A DNA stretch of 64,000 nt from Verrucomicrobiota bacterium (GCA_023446735.1 JAEXPQ010000150.1:22257-86256), one strand, 5' to 3'; shown: positions 38,601-47,204, numbered from the stretch's first letter. Notes: generated by a model from the sequence alone, not told the origin. Made by a program: numbers and translations.

Positions 38601-39542
38601 CGAGCCTAGCGGGATGCCTTGGCGACGGGCTGCGGCATGAAGGGCGCGCCCCGTTTCGAGAAGGAGCCGGTCGGAGAACTCGGGCAGCGGGCGCTCGCGC
38701 GCGGAACAGGTTCTCTGATACACGCGGCGGACCCACACGAGGTGACGCGAGCCGTCCGCGAGCTCGGCGAAGATGCGGACGCACACCGGGTTCGGCGCGT
38801 CCTCCGCGAGATCGAGCATGCCGAAGAACTGCGCGTTCCGGGCGTACGGATGACCGGGAAACCGGGCGGCGGCCTCCGCGCTTTCGCGGTGCTCGTGCCG
38901 GATGGTGTTCTCGACCTGCGGGTGGGTGCTGCCCAGGAGGCGGACGATGCGCTGGTCCTGATGGATGAGCCAGCCATCGACCCGGATCTTGCCGAACTGC
39001 GTGTCGGCGACGCGCAACGGAGTTTCAAGCACGCCATGGAAGGGCGCGCGGGGCAGGGTGTCGAACGAGAGGGCGGCGGCGGCCGCGGCCAGGCGGTCGG
39101 CGGCGGGCGCGAGGTCGCCGCCGGGTTCGGCGCGGCGGATTTGCAACAGTTCCCGCCAGATCGCGGGGAGGATCTCGACATCGAGCGGCGGCGGGGTTGC
39201 GGGGCCGGAGCGCACTTCGATGGGCGTCCGCCAGATTTCGACCCAGTTGCGGCCGGCGTCGAAGAGTTCGAGGCGGAGCTCGGTCGCGCCGCGGGGGGGC
39301 AGCACATCGATGGCGAAGCCCGCGTGCGGCCGGCCGAGGCGACCGCGGTGACGTTGTTCCGCGTGCGGGTGCGGCAAACCGAGGACGCCGAGATAGACGC
39401 GGCCGCCGATCACGGCGCGAATGTCGGAGAAAACGGCTTCGGTCTTCGCGAGAAACCATCCGGAGATCCGGGTGGTTTGGCCGTCGAAGACCCAGCTGGA
39501 GGGGTGCTCGACGTCGAAGATGTAGGCGTTGTTCTCGTTCAT
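35622..39542 (-). CDS. 1306-aa multidomain glycosyltransferase (two tandem N-terminal beta-domains + GT2-like + GT2 + GT4 modules)
   Basis: GT2 module: VTIVIPTRDKLYLLQECI...LVIVDDHS...HLNNDVEAL. An upstream GT2-like module has IYTDEDRMD. C-terminal GT4 module: HVLLLTHNLNLEGAPL...CTSYEESFPRVVMEAMAFRTPIVTTDVHGIPE. The start is set to ATG 39542 (MNENNAYIF). Confidence 0.85.
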   Translation of the reverse strand: MNENNAYIFDVEHPSSWVFDGQTTRISGWFLAKTEAVFSDIRAVIGGRVYLGVLGLPHPHAEQRHRGRLGRPHAGFAIDVLPPRGATELRLELFDAGRNWVEIWRTPIEVRSGPATPPPLDVEILPAIWRELLQIRRAEPGGDLAPAADRLAAAAAALSFDTLPRAPFHGVLETPLRVADTQFGKIRVDGWLIHQDQRIVRLLGSTHPQVENTIRHEHRESAEAAARFPGHPYARNAQFFGMLDLAEDAPNPVCVRIFAELADGSRHLVWVRRVYQRTCSARERPLPEFSDRLLLETGRALHAAARRQGIPLGSLKALWAAAKLTRDGFRRDAPVGLAQRVPPPTDPYAAWQHANRLAPRVLAAMRTSAATLQTEGPRFLLLIDGYGCRGPELQQLVASLTAQIFPQWEARLVLGGPAQPELAAVLAAEPRCRAIAHAGGADRIRALNTAAQESAATYLALLPGDSRLSPDALLHAAEALAKQPDLELIYTDEDRMDATGRRSAPAFKPDWSPALALSGLYPGQLSLVRRERFIALGSFRPEYPDVPWFDLLLRLGDELAPAQVAHLPFVCHHARAERPETIDPAAPAIEQARLALEDTMRRRGLSAAPFLPEAARQRRLNLHQLRWSGAFLAANPVTIVIPTRDKLYLLQECIEHLEETVDWRHAKLVIVDDHSRDADATRFLARMAQRTDLRCTVVRPADVHAPFNYSHLVNLALPHVDTPLILHLNNDVEALEPGWLEEMAGWFAQPDVGVVGAKLVYPDRTLNHTGVVIGPHEGLADTPLAKADERATPVIWHSVAREVSAVTGACLMTRTSLYRDLGGFDERDFGVAYNDVDYCLRAIAAGQRCVYTPQATLVHRGSATRGVTFDESEHVAFVRRYPLSRDPYFSRHLVLDGQMRPRCRGAACAHTDRAGRLHVLLLTHNLNLEGAPLFLLEYATHLVREAGFTITVVSNEEGPIRPRYEELGAEIRIVDRHQFYSAPNEAQLHERLATLRATLPFDRIDLVVCNTLVGFWGVPLARQAGKPSLLYIHESTTLFRFFEHMLARPMHRVVEQALAEADRTLFLCAATRAYYEDCNRRDNFRLVRSWIDLAGIEAFRAAHTRDELRRKHGFRTDETIVVNIGTVCERKGQHVFIRAIEHFNRHHRGAQSVRFVLVGARPGIYLDWLEADIEQLGLGNLTLVPETREAYDFFLLADLFVCTSYEESFPRVVMEAMAFRTPIVTTDVHGIPEMVLPRAEAYLVKPGDVEGLSRTMRTCLAKERSGKSLAPTAYSKVLRAYDHRKVLPQHVALAREVVLLHDPAAP

Positions 39543-39829
39543 GCCGGGCGGCGCGGAAGGGCGCCACTCAAGACGGCGGCTGGAGCCGGCGCAAGCGCGG
39601 GGGCGGCGGTGGTCGACGCTGGCCTCGGCCAACACGATGCCGTTGCCGCAGGTTCACGAACGCTCGCGCTCGCACCAATGGTACAACTTTGGGTCGGCGT
39701 GCTTGCCGTTTCGACCGGCTCAAGGCCCGCGCCGCTCGAGGGGCGCGCGCTCTCTGACGCGCGAGCATGTTCGCAGCCAGCCCGGCAGCCTCCATCCGCG
39801 GTTTCCGGGGCGACTCGAAGAAGCTGTGC

Positions 39830-40282
39830 TTAGCGCAGGTACTTATCGTTGGAGTAGTAGAACTCCATTGCCGGGACGCTGATGGTGCCGGGGCTGCCTT
39901 GCGGCTGGTCTGGGCTGCGGAAGGGGGCGACTGCGCCGGTGTTGAACTTCAGGGCGTCGCCCACCCGCCGCAGGACCACATCGAAGGTGACGCGGCGGTG
40001 GTTCCCGGAAGAGCTCCGGCTGTAGGTGAAGTACGATTTGAACGTCACCACCTTGCCGTCCTCCGACAGCGTGAGGTCAGCCAAGGAGAGCTTGTCGACC
40101 TCGTTGCCGTAGGGAAAGAATCGGGTCCACACGATCGAGTCGGCTTTGATCTCGATCTTCCCGTCCGGGGCGCTGCTGGTGGCTTGGCTTCTCCACAGAC
40201 CGATGAGGCCGGGGTCGATCTGGGCGCGCAGGCTCGAGGTCAGCAGGACGAGGAACAGAAGGATTGTGGTTCTGGCGATCAT
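39830..40282 (-). CDS. small secreted hypothetical protein
   Basis: 150 aa from ATG 40282. Signal peptide MIARTTILLFLVLLTSSLRAQ. Beta-rich mature part. No family recognised. Confidence 0.6.
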   Translation of the reverse strand: MIARTTILLFLVLLTSSLRAQIDPGLIGLWRSQATSSAPDGKIEIKADSIVWTRFFPYGNEVDKLSLADLTLSEDGKVVTFKSYFTYSRSSSGNHRRVTFDVVLRRVGDALKFNTGAVAPFRSPDQPQGSPGTISVPAMEFYYSNDKYLR

Positions 40283-40523
40283 GGGATTGGGGTGACGGCA
40301 GAACCCTCTCCGTAGTGGAATGGTGTTGCCAAGCCGTTTCTGGCGGCCGCGGGCCACGGGGCCGGCACCTGCTGGCGCGGTGCGCCGCCGGACGCGGTAC
40401 GGATGGGGCGGCCTCGCCGCGTCGCTTGTACCGCGCGTTGTTCCGGACGGCCCACCGAGGAGAGAGGCTGCCGCGCCCTGAGCTTGCGGCGCCCGCGGTG
40501 GGCGACACGATCGGCGGCACCGT

Positions 40524-40970
40524 ATGAACGAACCCCGGTTCAATGGCCCGCTGGCGATTGCGGCAGGGCGCGCCTGGAGCGGAATCCTCCGGCACGGTCG
40601 GCCCGACCCCTGGCCGGCGGAAGTCGACGCGGCGGTGCGCGATCCGGCGGCGGTGCCCTTGTGCGTGAATTGTTTGCAGCCGCAGGCCGGACATTGGTGG
40701 TTCTGTCCGCATTGCGGCGGCGCGACCGGCGAGTACGTGGCGACGATGCCCTACCTGTACATTTTTCAGCAGGGAGAATTCTTCCGCCGAGGGGTGATGG
40801 GGCCGCCGGAGCGGCGCAAGGGCGTGCTGGCGTTCCAGGCGCTCTACGCGGCCGCCAACTATTCGTTTTTCGCACCGCTGTACTGGTTCTGGATGGTGCG
40901 CCGTGCGCAGGGGCGGCCGATCTGCGTCGAGAAACGCCCAGAACTGCCGTGCGAGGAGTCGGGAGAGTAG
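40524..40970 (+). CDS. hypothetical zinc-ribbon membrane protein
   Basis: CVNC-x13-CPHC zinc-ribbon-like motif, then a hydrophobic segment FAPLYWFWMV. Coding status is supported only by ORF length and composition. Confidence 0.5.
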   Translation: MNEPRFNGPLAIAAGRAWSGILRHGRPDPWPAEVDAAVRDPAAVPLCVNCLQPQAGHWWFCPHCGGATGEYVATMPYLYIFQQGEFFRRGVMGPPERRKGVLAFQALYAAANYSFFAPLYWFWMVRRAQGRPICVEKRPELPCEESGE

Positions 40971-41120
40971 GGCGGCCGGGGTCGCCTCTTTGGCTCGGCG
41001 AGCCCTGGCGGAGCGCGCCTGCCGTCCCTTTGCGGTTTCTTTGCGGCGCGATTTCTGCGACTTTCCCCGCGCTGCCGTGTTCTCGTCGTGAACGAACCTC
41101 CAACCAGTGCCGCCGCAGGA

Positions 41121-41681
41121 ATGAGCGACCACGCCGCCTTCACGACGTTTATGCGCAGCTATCAGGACATGGTCTATACCACCGCGATCCGCCTCTTGGG
41201 CAATCCCGCCCAAGCGGAGGACATCTCGCAGGAGGTTTTCCTGAAGGCCTACGAGCACTTCGATGACCTGCGCGACGGCGAGGGGTCCGGCGGGTGGCTA
41301 AAAACGGTCACCACCAACCTCAGCCTCAACCACATCCAGCGTTACCGGAAGCGCTGGAGCTTCTTCTCCGAGCTGCTCCACCGCGACGACGACGGCGGCA
41401 CCGACGAGGCGCCCGTCGATTTCCCGGCGCCGGACAACTTCTTCTCCGAACTCGACGCCGCCGACCGCCGCGAGTGGGTGCAACAGGCCCTCGCGAAACT
41501 GCCCGACAAGCAGCGTGTGCCTCTCGTGCTCTACCATTTCGACGAACTTTCCTACGAGGAGATCGCGCAACGGCTGGGGGTGTCCCTCGCCAAAGTGAAG
41601 ACCGACATCATGCGCGCCCGCCAGGCGCTCGCCCAACATCTGGCCCGTGCCACCGCCGCCCACCGCGAACTCGCCAACTGA
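41121..41681 (+). CDS. ECF-type RNA polymerase sigma-70 factor
   Basis: Region 2: YQDMVYTTAIRLLGNPAQAEDISQEVFLKAY...WLKTVTTNLSLNHIQR. Region 4: LPDKQRVPLVLYHFDELSYEEIAQRLGVSLAKVKTDIMRARQAL. GTG 41088 is an alternative start. Confidence 0.9.
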   Translation: MSDHAAFTTFMRSYQDMVYTTAIRLLGNPAQAEDISQEVFLKAYEHFDDLRDGEGSGGWLKTVTTNLSLNHIQRYRKRWSFFSELLHRDDDGGTDEAPVDFPAPDNFFSELDAADRREWVQQALAKLPDKQRVPLVLYHFDELSYEEIAQRLGVSLAKVKTDIMRARQALAQHLARATAAHRELAN

Positions 41682-41700
41682 ACCCTTTTCCCAACGCGCC

Positions 41701-42162
41701 ATGCCCGACAAAAACCACCAATCGCTCGAAGCCTTCGTGCACCGCGCCCTGCGCGAACTGCCCACGGAGCGCGCCCCGGCCGATCTCGAGGCCCGCGTGT
41801 TTGCCGCGCTCCAGGCGCGCCACCGCCTACCGTGGTGGCAGGCCGGCTGGCGCGCGTGGCCGGCCGTGCCGCGCACTCTCGTGCTCGCGACGGCCGTCGC
41901 CGTGCTGCTGGCCCTCAGTTGGATCTTCCTCGCCGGCGTGAACGCCGCCGAGGCGTTCTCGTGGTCCGACTGGGTGCACGCCCATCTCCCCGGCCTCGCC
42001 ACGCTCGGGTCGGCTGCCTCGGCTCTGGGCCGGGCGCTGGTCCGCTGCGCCGAAGTCTTCCGTCCTTGGCTGCTCGGTCTGGTCGTCGTCGCTGTCGCCT
42101 CGTACGCGGCGTTGCTCGCCCTCGGGTCCGGGCTCTACCGCCACTTCATCGCCAATCGCTGA
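41701..42162 (+). CDS. putative anti-sigma factor / membrane protein
   Basis: It lies immediately downstream of the ECF sigma gene. A short cytoplasmic N-terminus (LEAFVHRALRELP) is followed by TM segments. Assigned by position and topology only. Confidence 0.55.
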   Translation: MPDKNHQSLEAFVHRALRELPTERAPADLEARVFAALQARHRLPWWQAGWRAWPAVPRTLVLATAVAVLLALSWIFLAGVNAAEAFSWSDWVHAHLPGLATLGSAASALGRALVRCAEVFRPWLLGLVVVAVASYAALLALGSGLYRHFIANR

Positions 42163-42174
42163 ACTTTCCCCCTC

Positions 42175-43857
42175 ATGAAGCATCGCACCCTTTTCCTCGC
42201 CGCTGCCGTGTTCGCCGCCGTGTTCGGCGCGCCGGCGCCGGCCCTCCGCGCGAATGATCCCGCGGATACTCCGCCGGCCGCTCCTTCCGCGCCGGCCGCT
42301 GACACTACGGCCCCCGCTCCGGCCGAGGTCGCCGCACCGACACCCGAAGTCGAGGCTCCGCAACCGGCGGCTCCCGCCGTGGCGGCGCCCGCGGCGCCGG
42401 CGTGGGTCGACCGTGGCGAAGTGTTCGCCTTGGGCAGCGACGTCGTCATCCGCGCGAACGAACGCGCCTCGGAGGTGGTCGCGGTGGGCGGCAACGTGAC
42501 CGTGCTCGGCCGGGTCGACGGCGAGGTGTTCGCGGTCGTGGGCGATGTGAAGATCGACGGCCCGGTTGGCGGCGAGGTCGTGGCCGTGCTCGGCCGGGTC
42601 GAGCTTGGCGCGAAGGGTAGCGTGGGCGGCGAGGTCGTCTCCATCGGCGGCGGCGTCCGCAATCCGGATTCGGCGCCGATCGGCGGCAACCAGATTTCCA
42701 TCGCGCCGTTCCTGCCGAAACCGTGGGCGCTCCTGCGCTGGGCGGGGGATTTCGTCTCCCATGTCCGCCTGCTGTCGCCGCAGGTGCTCTGGCCGTGGTA
42801 CGTCTTCGGCGCGGGCGCGTTGCTCTATCTGCTGCTCGCCGCCGCCTTCGGCCGGGGCGTGAATGCGTGTGTGCAATCGCTCGAGGAGCGTCCCGGGGCG
42901 ACGCTCACGACCGCGCTCGCGCTGCTGCCGCTCCTGCCGTTGTTCACCCTGCTGCTCATCTGCACGGGCGTCGGCATCGTGCTGCTGCCGTTCCTCGCGG
43001 TGGCGGTGCTGTTCGGCTTCGCCTTCGGCAAGACCGCGGTGCTGGCTTTTCTCGGACGCGTGGTGCTGCGACCGCTCGGCGGCGCCGTACTGGCGGACCG
43101 GGCCTGGTTGGCGGTGCTTGTCGGCATCGTGATCGCGGCGGTGCTCTACTGCGTGCCGTGGCTGGGCCTGCTCGCTTGGGCGCTGTTGACTTGGATCGGC
43201 CTCGGTATGGTCGCGGCGGCCCTTTTGGAAAACCGCCGTCGGGAGAAGGCGGCAGCGGCGGCGGCTCGGGCGGCGGCGATGCCGGCTCGGGCGGCTACCG
43301 CGGCGGCCATGGCGGTTGCGCCGGACGCGAGCGGGTTTGCGGCGGGAGCCGCGGCGAGTGCCCCGGCGGACCCGGCGACCGTGCCTCCGGTGTCTGATGG
43401 CGCCGCGGGCGTCGCGGCTGTGCCGCCGGCGCCGCCGGTGTTGGTGGCGGCCATGGGATCGGCCTCGGTGGAGACCTCTTTCCCGCGGGCGGAGTTCGGT
43501 GTGCGCTTGGGGGCGCTCCTGATCGACATCGTGCTCGTGGCGGTGGCGACCGGGGTGACGGTGGTTCTGTCGGTGCTGCCCTTCCCGTTGGTGTTCGGCG
43601 TCTACGCGTTCGGCATGTGGCTGTGGAAGGGCACGACCATCGGCGGCATCGTGTTCGACCTGAAGGTGGTGCGTCTCGACGGACGGCCGATCGACGCCGC
43701 GACCGCCGTGGTGCGGACGCTGGTGGCGTTTCTCTCGGTGTGCGCGGCCGGGTTGGGCTTCCTCTGGTGCCTGTGGGACCTTGAGAAGCAGACCTGGCAC
43801 GACAAGGTCGCCGGCACCGTGGTGGTGCGGGTACCGAAGTCGAAACCGCTGGTGTAG
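42175..43857 (+). CDS. secreted/membrane protein with bactofilin-like beta-helix repeats, polytopic core and C-terminal RDD domain
   Basis: Signal peptide MKHRTLFLAAAVFAAVFG. Repeats GGNVTVLGRVDGEVFAVVGDVKIDGPVGGEVVAVLGRVELGAKGSVGGEVVSIGGGV. About 6 TM segments, an Ala/Pro-rich linker, and an RDD-family C-terminus (GVRLGALLIDIVL...WHDKVAGTVVV). Confidence 0.75.
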   Translation: MKHRTLFLAAAVFAAVFGAPAPALRANDPADTPPAAPSAPAADTTAPAPAEVAAPTPEVEAPQPAAPAVAAPAAPAWVDRGEVFALGSDVVIRANERASEVVAVGGNVTVLGRVDGEVFAVVGDVKIDGPVGGEVVAVLGRVELGAKGSVGGEVVSIGGGVRNPDSAPIGGNQISIAPFLPKPWALLRWAGDFVSHVRLLSPQVLWPWYVFGAGALLYLLLAAAFGRGVNACVQSLEERPGATLTTALALLPLLPLFTLLLICTGVGIVLLPFLAVAVLFGFAFGKTAVLAFLGRVVLRPLGGAVLADRAWLAVLVGIVIAAVLYCVPWLGLLAWALLTWIGLGMVAAALLENRRREKAAAAAARAAAMPARAATAAAMAVAPDASGFAAGAAASAPADPATVPPVSDGAAGVAAVPPAPPVLVAAMGSASVETSFPRAEFGVRLGALLIDIVLVAVATGVTVVLSVLPFPLVFGVYAFGMWLWKGTTIGGIVFDLKVVRLDGRPIDAATAVVRTLVAFLSVCAAGLGFLWCLWDLEKQTWHDKVAGTVVVRVPKSKPLV

Positions 43858-44174
43858 GGTTGTACGGCGCGCCGCGAGCCCGAATGGAGCAGATGTCGCC
43901 TGCGGGCGATCGGGATCGCGGTCGCGGGGCGGGCACGGTCTTGCCCGGCGCAGACGTCGGGGACCGCCGTGGGCGGACGGCGCAGGGAAGGTGTGGTTGT
44001 GGGCTTATGCTTCGGAGACCATCCCCCGTGTTTCATTAACAATGGTCGGATGTTGCTGAAGCGACGGGTTTTCCGGATTGCATCCACCAGGGAGGCTTGG
44101 CTTGGTTCGTGCTCGTCGGATCCCCTGCCGCCCGGTCGCACGCCGGGTGAACATCAACCCATACCGAAGAAACT

Positions 44175-47100
44175 ATGAGCAAGCCCACGGTTCGTTTGAA
44201 GGGACTGGCGCGCGTCCTGAGTGTCGGCGCGTTGTCGCCCTTTTTGTTGACGGCAGCCCTGCAATCGCAGACGGCGACCGAGTCGGATACTCCAGCGAAG
44301 GAGAGCGCGGAAGGAGAGGATGGTCTCGTGGTTCTCGACAAGTTCGAGGTGACCGGTTCGCGCATCAAGCAGACGGAAATCGAAGGCCCGTCGCCGATCC
44401 GCATCATTAGCCGGCAGGATATCGAGGTCACTGGCCGGTCCAACCTGACCGAGTTGCTCCGTGACCTGCCCGAAGCCAGTACCATCGCCATCAATGAGGG
44501 AAGCACGATCGGCTCGGTGCGTGGTGCTTCCGCGATGGATCTTCGCAACCTCGGCCCGAACAACACGCTGGTAATCGTGAACGGGCGGCGCACCGTCTTG
44601 ACGGGAGCAAACTCCGCCGGCGTGACCTTTGTAGACATCGGCCGCTTTCCCCTGACGATGGTCGAGCGAATCGAGGTGCTCAAGGACGGCGCTTCGGCCA
44701 TCTACGGCTCCGATGCGACGGCGGGTGTTGTGAACATCATTTTGCGCAAGGACTTCAACGGCTTCGAAGTGAACGCGAGCTATGGCAATTCCTTCGACAC
44801 CGATGTGACCGAGAAGAGTTTCTCGGTCTTCGGCGGCGTCTCCAACGGCAAGTTGCGGGCGAATGTCGGGGTGTCCTACGCGAAACGTGGGGCCTTGGCC
44901 GCCATCGACAAGGATTTCTCCAGCAATGCCGACCTCACCCAGCGCTACCTGGCGAAGGGCGAGCAATATACGGAACTCGCCGAGAGCGGATACTACGATC
45001 TGCGGTCCGGGACGGGCCCGCAGGCGCGCATCAGCCTGAAGTCGGGGCAGGTCAACGGCTCCAACGGTGTCGACATCCCTGGGTTGGCCGCCGGCGCGGC
45101 GATCACGAAGCTGCCGGGCACGGGCGGCACCGCCGCCGGCACCATGGCGTCGGTCTCGCCGAGCTTCTCGAATCCCTACGCCCAGGGGACTAACGGCGCC
45201 TATAATGCCACCGCCGCCGCCACGTTCGAGGCGCAGCGCCTCGCCTGGGGCCAGGAGGGGGCGAGCAACCTCTACAACTTCCAACCCTTCGTGTGGCTGG
45301 TCCCGGCGATGGAGCAGAAGTCGGTCTACACGACCTTCGGCTACGACATCAGCCCGAGCGCCGAGTTCTACCTGGAGTTCAGCTACTCGCGCAAGGAGGT
45401 GGAGACCCATCTCGCGCCCTCGCCGGCCTCGACCGCGGGCGACAACGGCATCTTCGTCCCGAAGACCAACTACTGGAATCCCTTCGGTGTGGATGTGACC
45501 TTCAACTACCGCGCGATTGAGGTCGGTCCGCGCATCGCGAACATCTTGAACAACAACTACACCGTGTTGTCCGGCGTGCGCGGCACCATCAGCCCATTCG
45601 GCCGCGAGTGGGACTGGGATGTCGGCTACGCCCACGGATTTGACGAGGCCACCGACACGACCAGCAACGCGATCTCCGAGAGCCGCCTGCGCGCGGCGCT
45701 CGCCCGCACGGACTCCAAGGCTCTCAATATCTTCGGCGGGGCGGACTTCAAGAACGACCCCGCCACGATCGAGAGCATCAAGGTGAAGACCACCAAGGCT
45801 GGCAATGCCAGCCTCGACCTGTTCGACGCCAAGCTCTCCGGCACCGTGGCGGAGATCTACTCGGGCGATATCGGCATGGCGATCATCGGCGAGTACCGCG
45901 AGGAGACCTTCAACGAGGAGAACGACGCGATCTCGACGACGCTCGACGACATCATCGGGCAGGTCCGCCTGGCCGATTCCACGAGTTCGCGCCGCTCGAT
46001 CTACTCGTTCGCCGCCGAGACGAGCGTGCCGCTGGTCAAGCCGGCCACGATCCCCGGCCTCCACATGCTTGAGTTCAAGGCGGCTGCCCGCTTCGAGGAC
46101 TTCAGTGACGGCTACGACTCCGGCATCAAACCCGGCTTCGGTCTCAAGTACCACCCGATCAAGTCCCTGCTTCTGCGCGCCTCCTACAACAAGACCTTCC
46201 GCGCGCCGACGCTGCCGCAGCTCTATGGCGGCGTGCGCGAGTCCTTGCCCAACGCGCTGCCGGACTACGCCCGTCCCCAGTTGCTGACCGGCGATCCCTT
46301 CGACGGATCGTCCACCCAGCGCCTGGTTCGTGCCGGCGGCAACTCCTCCCTGACCCCGGAGACCGGCACGAGCAAACAAGTGGGCGTGGTCTGGGACGTG
46401 CCGTTCAAGGCGCTCGAGGGGCTCTCACTTGAGGCGACCTATGGTGAAATCCGGCAGGACAACATCATCACCACAGTCGGTACTTCGTGGATCCGCAGCA
46501 ACGAGTTCGGCCAGGCGGCGGGTCTGATCGTGCGCGAGTCGGGCACCGAGACCTACGTCAACAAGACCGCGAACCCGATCACCGTTTACGTCGGACCGGG
46601 CGCCCGCACCGATGCCGCCGCCAACAAGGTCGTGGAGCCGGGTGCCTCGATCACCGTGCCGGGCCGCATCCTGTCCATCTCCGACTCGTACGTGAACTTG
46701 GCCATGCAGCGCATCCGCTATTGGGACTTCGGCTTGCGCTACGACAAGACGACCGTCAACTACGGTCGCTTCTCGCTGCGCAGCTCGATGACCTACACGG
46801 ACGAGTTTGTCTTCACCCGCGACCTCACCGCCGCGCTCGTGAACTACGCCGGGCTCGACGGCTATCCCCCCCCCTACCGGGTGCAGAGCTCGCTCGCCTG
46901 GGAGCGCAAGCAGTGGGGCGCCGGCGTCAGCCATAACTATACCCCGGCTTACGGCTCCATCGATCTCGATGGCTACCGGATCGACCGATACCACACGTTC
47001 GGCGCCTATGTCAGCTACGCCTTCCGCGATGTGCGCTATCTGTCGGGCACGCGCCTGACGGTAGGTGTGGACAACATCTTCGACGCCGAACCGCCGCTCT

Positions 47101-47186
47101 ACTACGACGGTGTCGGTTACGACCAGTCGAAGGTGTCCCGTCCGCAAGGCCGCTTCTTCTACGCCGCACTCAACAAGCGGTTCTGA
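44175..47186 (+). CDS. TonB-dependent receptor
   Basis: Signal peptide, then plug LDKFEVTGSRIKQTEIEGPSPIRIISRQDIEVTG...VIVNGRR...IERIEVLKDGASAIYGSDATAGVVNIIL. A long beta-barrel ends in the C-terminal aromatic ...YAALNKRF. Confidence 0.92.
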   Translation: MSKPTVRLKGLARVLSVGALSPFLLTAALQSQTATESDTPAKESAEGEDGLVVLDKFEVTGSRIKQTEIEGPSPIRIISRQDIEVTGRSNLTELLRDLPEASTIAINEGSTIGSVRGASAMDLRNLGPNNTLVIVNGRRTVLTGANSAGVTFVDIGRFPLTMVERIEVLKDGASAIYGSDATAGVVNIILRKDFNGFEVNASYGNSFDTDVTEKSFSVFGGVSNGKLRANVGVSYAKRGALAAIDKDFSSNADLTQRYLAKGEQYTELAESGYYDLRSGTGPQARISLKSGQVNGSNGVDIPGLAAGAAITKLPGTGGTAAGTMASVSPSFSNPYAQGTNGAYNATAAATFEAQRLAWGQEGASNLYNFQPFVWLVPAMEQKSVYTTFGYDISPSAEFYLEFSYSRKEVETHLAPSPASTAGDNGIFVPKTNYWNPFGVDVTFNYRAIEVGPRIANILNNNYTVLSGVRGTISPFGREWDWDVGYAHGFDEATDTTSNAISESRLRAALARTDSKALNIFGGADFKNDPATIESIKVKTTKAGNASLDLFDAKLSGTVAEIYSGDIGMAIIGEYREETFNEENDAISTTLDDIIGQVRLADSTSSRRSIYSFAAETSVPLVKPATIPGLHMLEFKAAARFEDFSDGYDSGIKPGFGLKYHPIKSLLLRASYNKTFRAPTLPQLYGGVRESLPNALPDYARPQLLTGDPFDGSSTQRLVRAGGNSSLTPETGTSKQVGVVWDVPFKALEGLSLEATYGEIRQDNIITTVGTSWIRSNEFGQAAGLIVRESGTETYVNKTANPITVYVGPGARTDAAANKVVEPGASITVPGRILSISDSYVNLAMQRIRYWDFGLRYDKTTVNYGRFSLRSSMTYTDEFVFTRDLTAALVNYAGLDGYPPPYRVQSSLAWERKQWGAGVSHNYTPAYGSIDLDGYRIDRYHTFGAYVSYAFRDVRYLSGTRLTVGVDNIFDAEPPLYYDGVGYDQSKVSRPQGRFFYAALNKRF

Positions 47187-47204
47187 TCCAGCTTCGTCCA
47201 ACGG

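Noticed and set aside
41827-43800. 657-aa minus-strand ORF antisense to the anti-sigma and RDD-protein genes
   Set aside because: It is an Arg/His/Gly/Pro-rich low-complexity translation. The sense frames have signal peptides, TM segments and recognisable domains.
43858-44174. Cobalamin or other riboswitch upstream of the TonB-dependent receptors (also 49279-49572)
   Set aside because: I could not find the B12-box (GCCACTG-like) or other riboswitch core motifs by eye. Only a weak 5-bp palindrome (GCGAA-TCG-TTCGC, ~49525-49545) is present upstream of the second receptor. This needs an Rfam scan to be certain.
44154-46379. 741-aa minus-strand ORF antisense to the first TonB-dependent receptor
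   Set aside because: It is a shadow ORF with Gly/Arg/Val/Asp-rich composition and no motifs. The plus-strand frame has unambiguous plug and barrel motifs.
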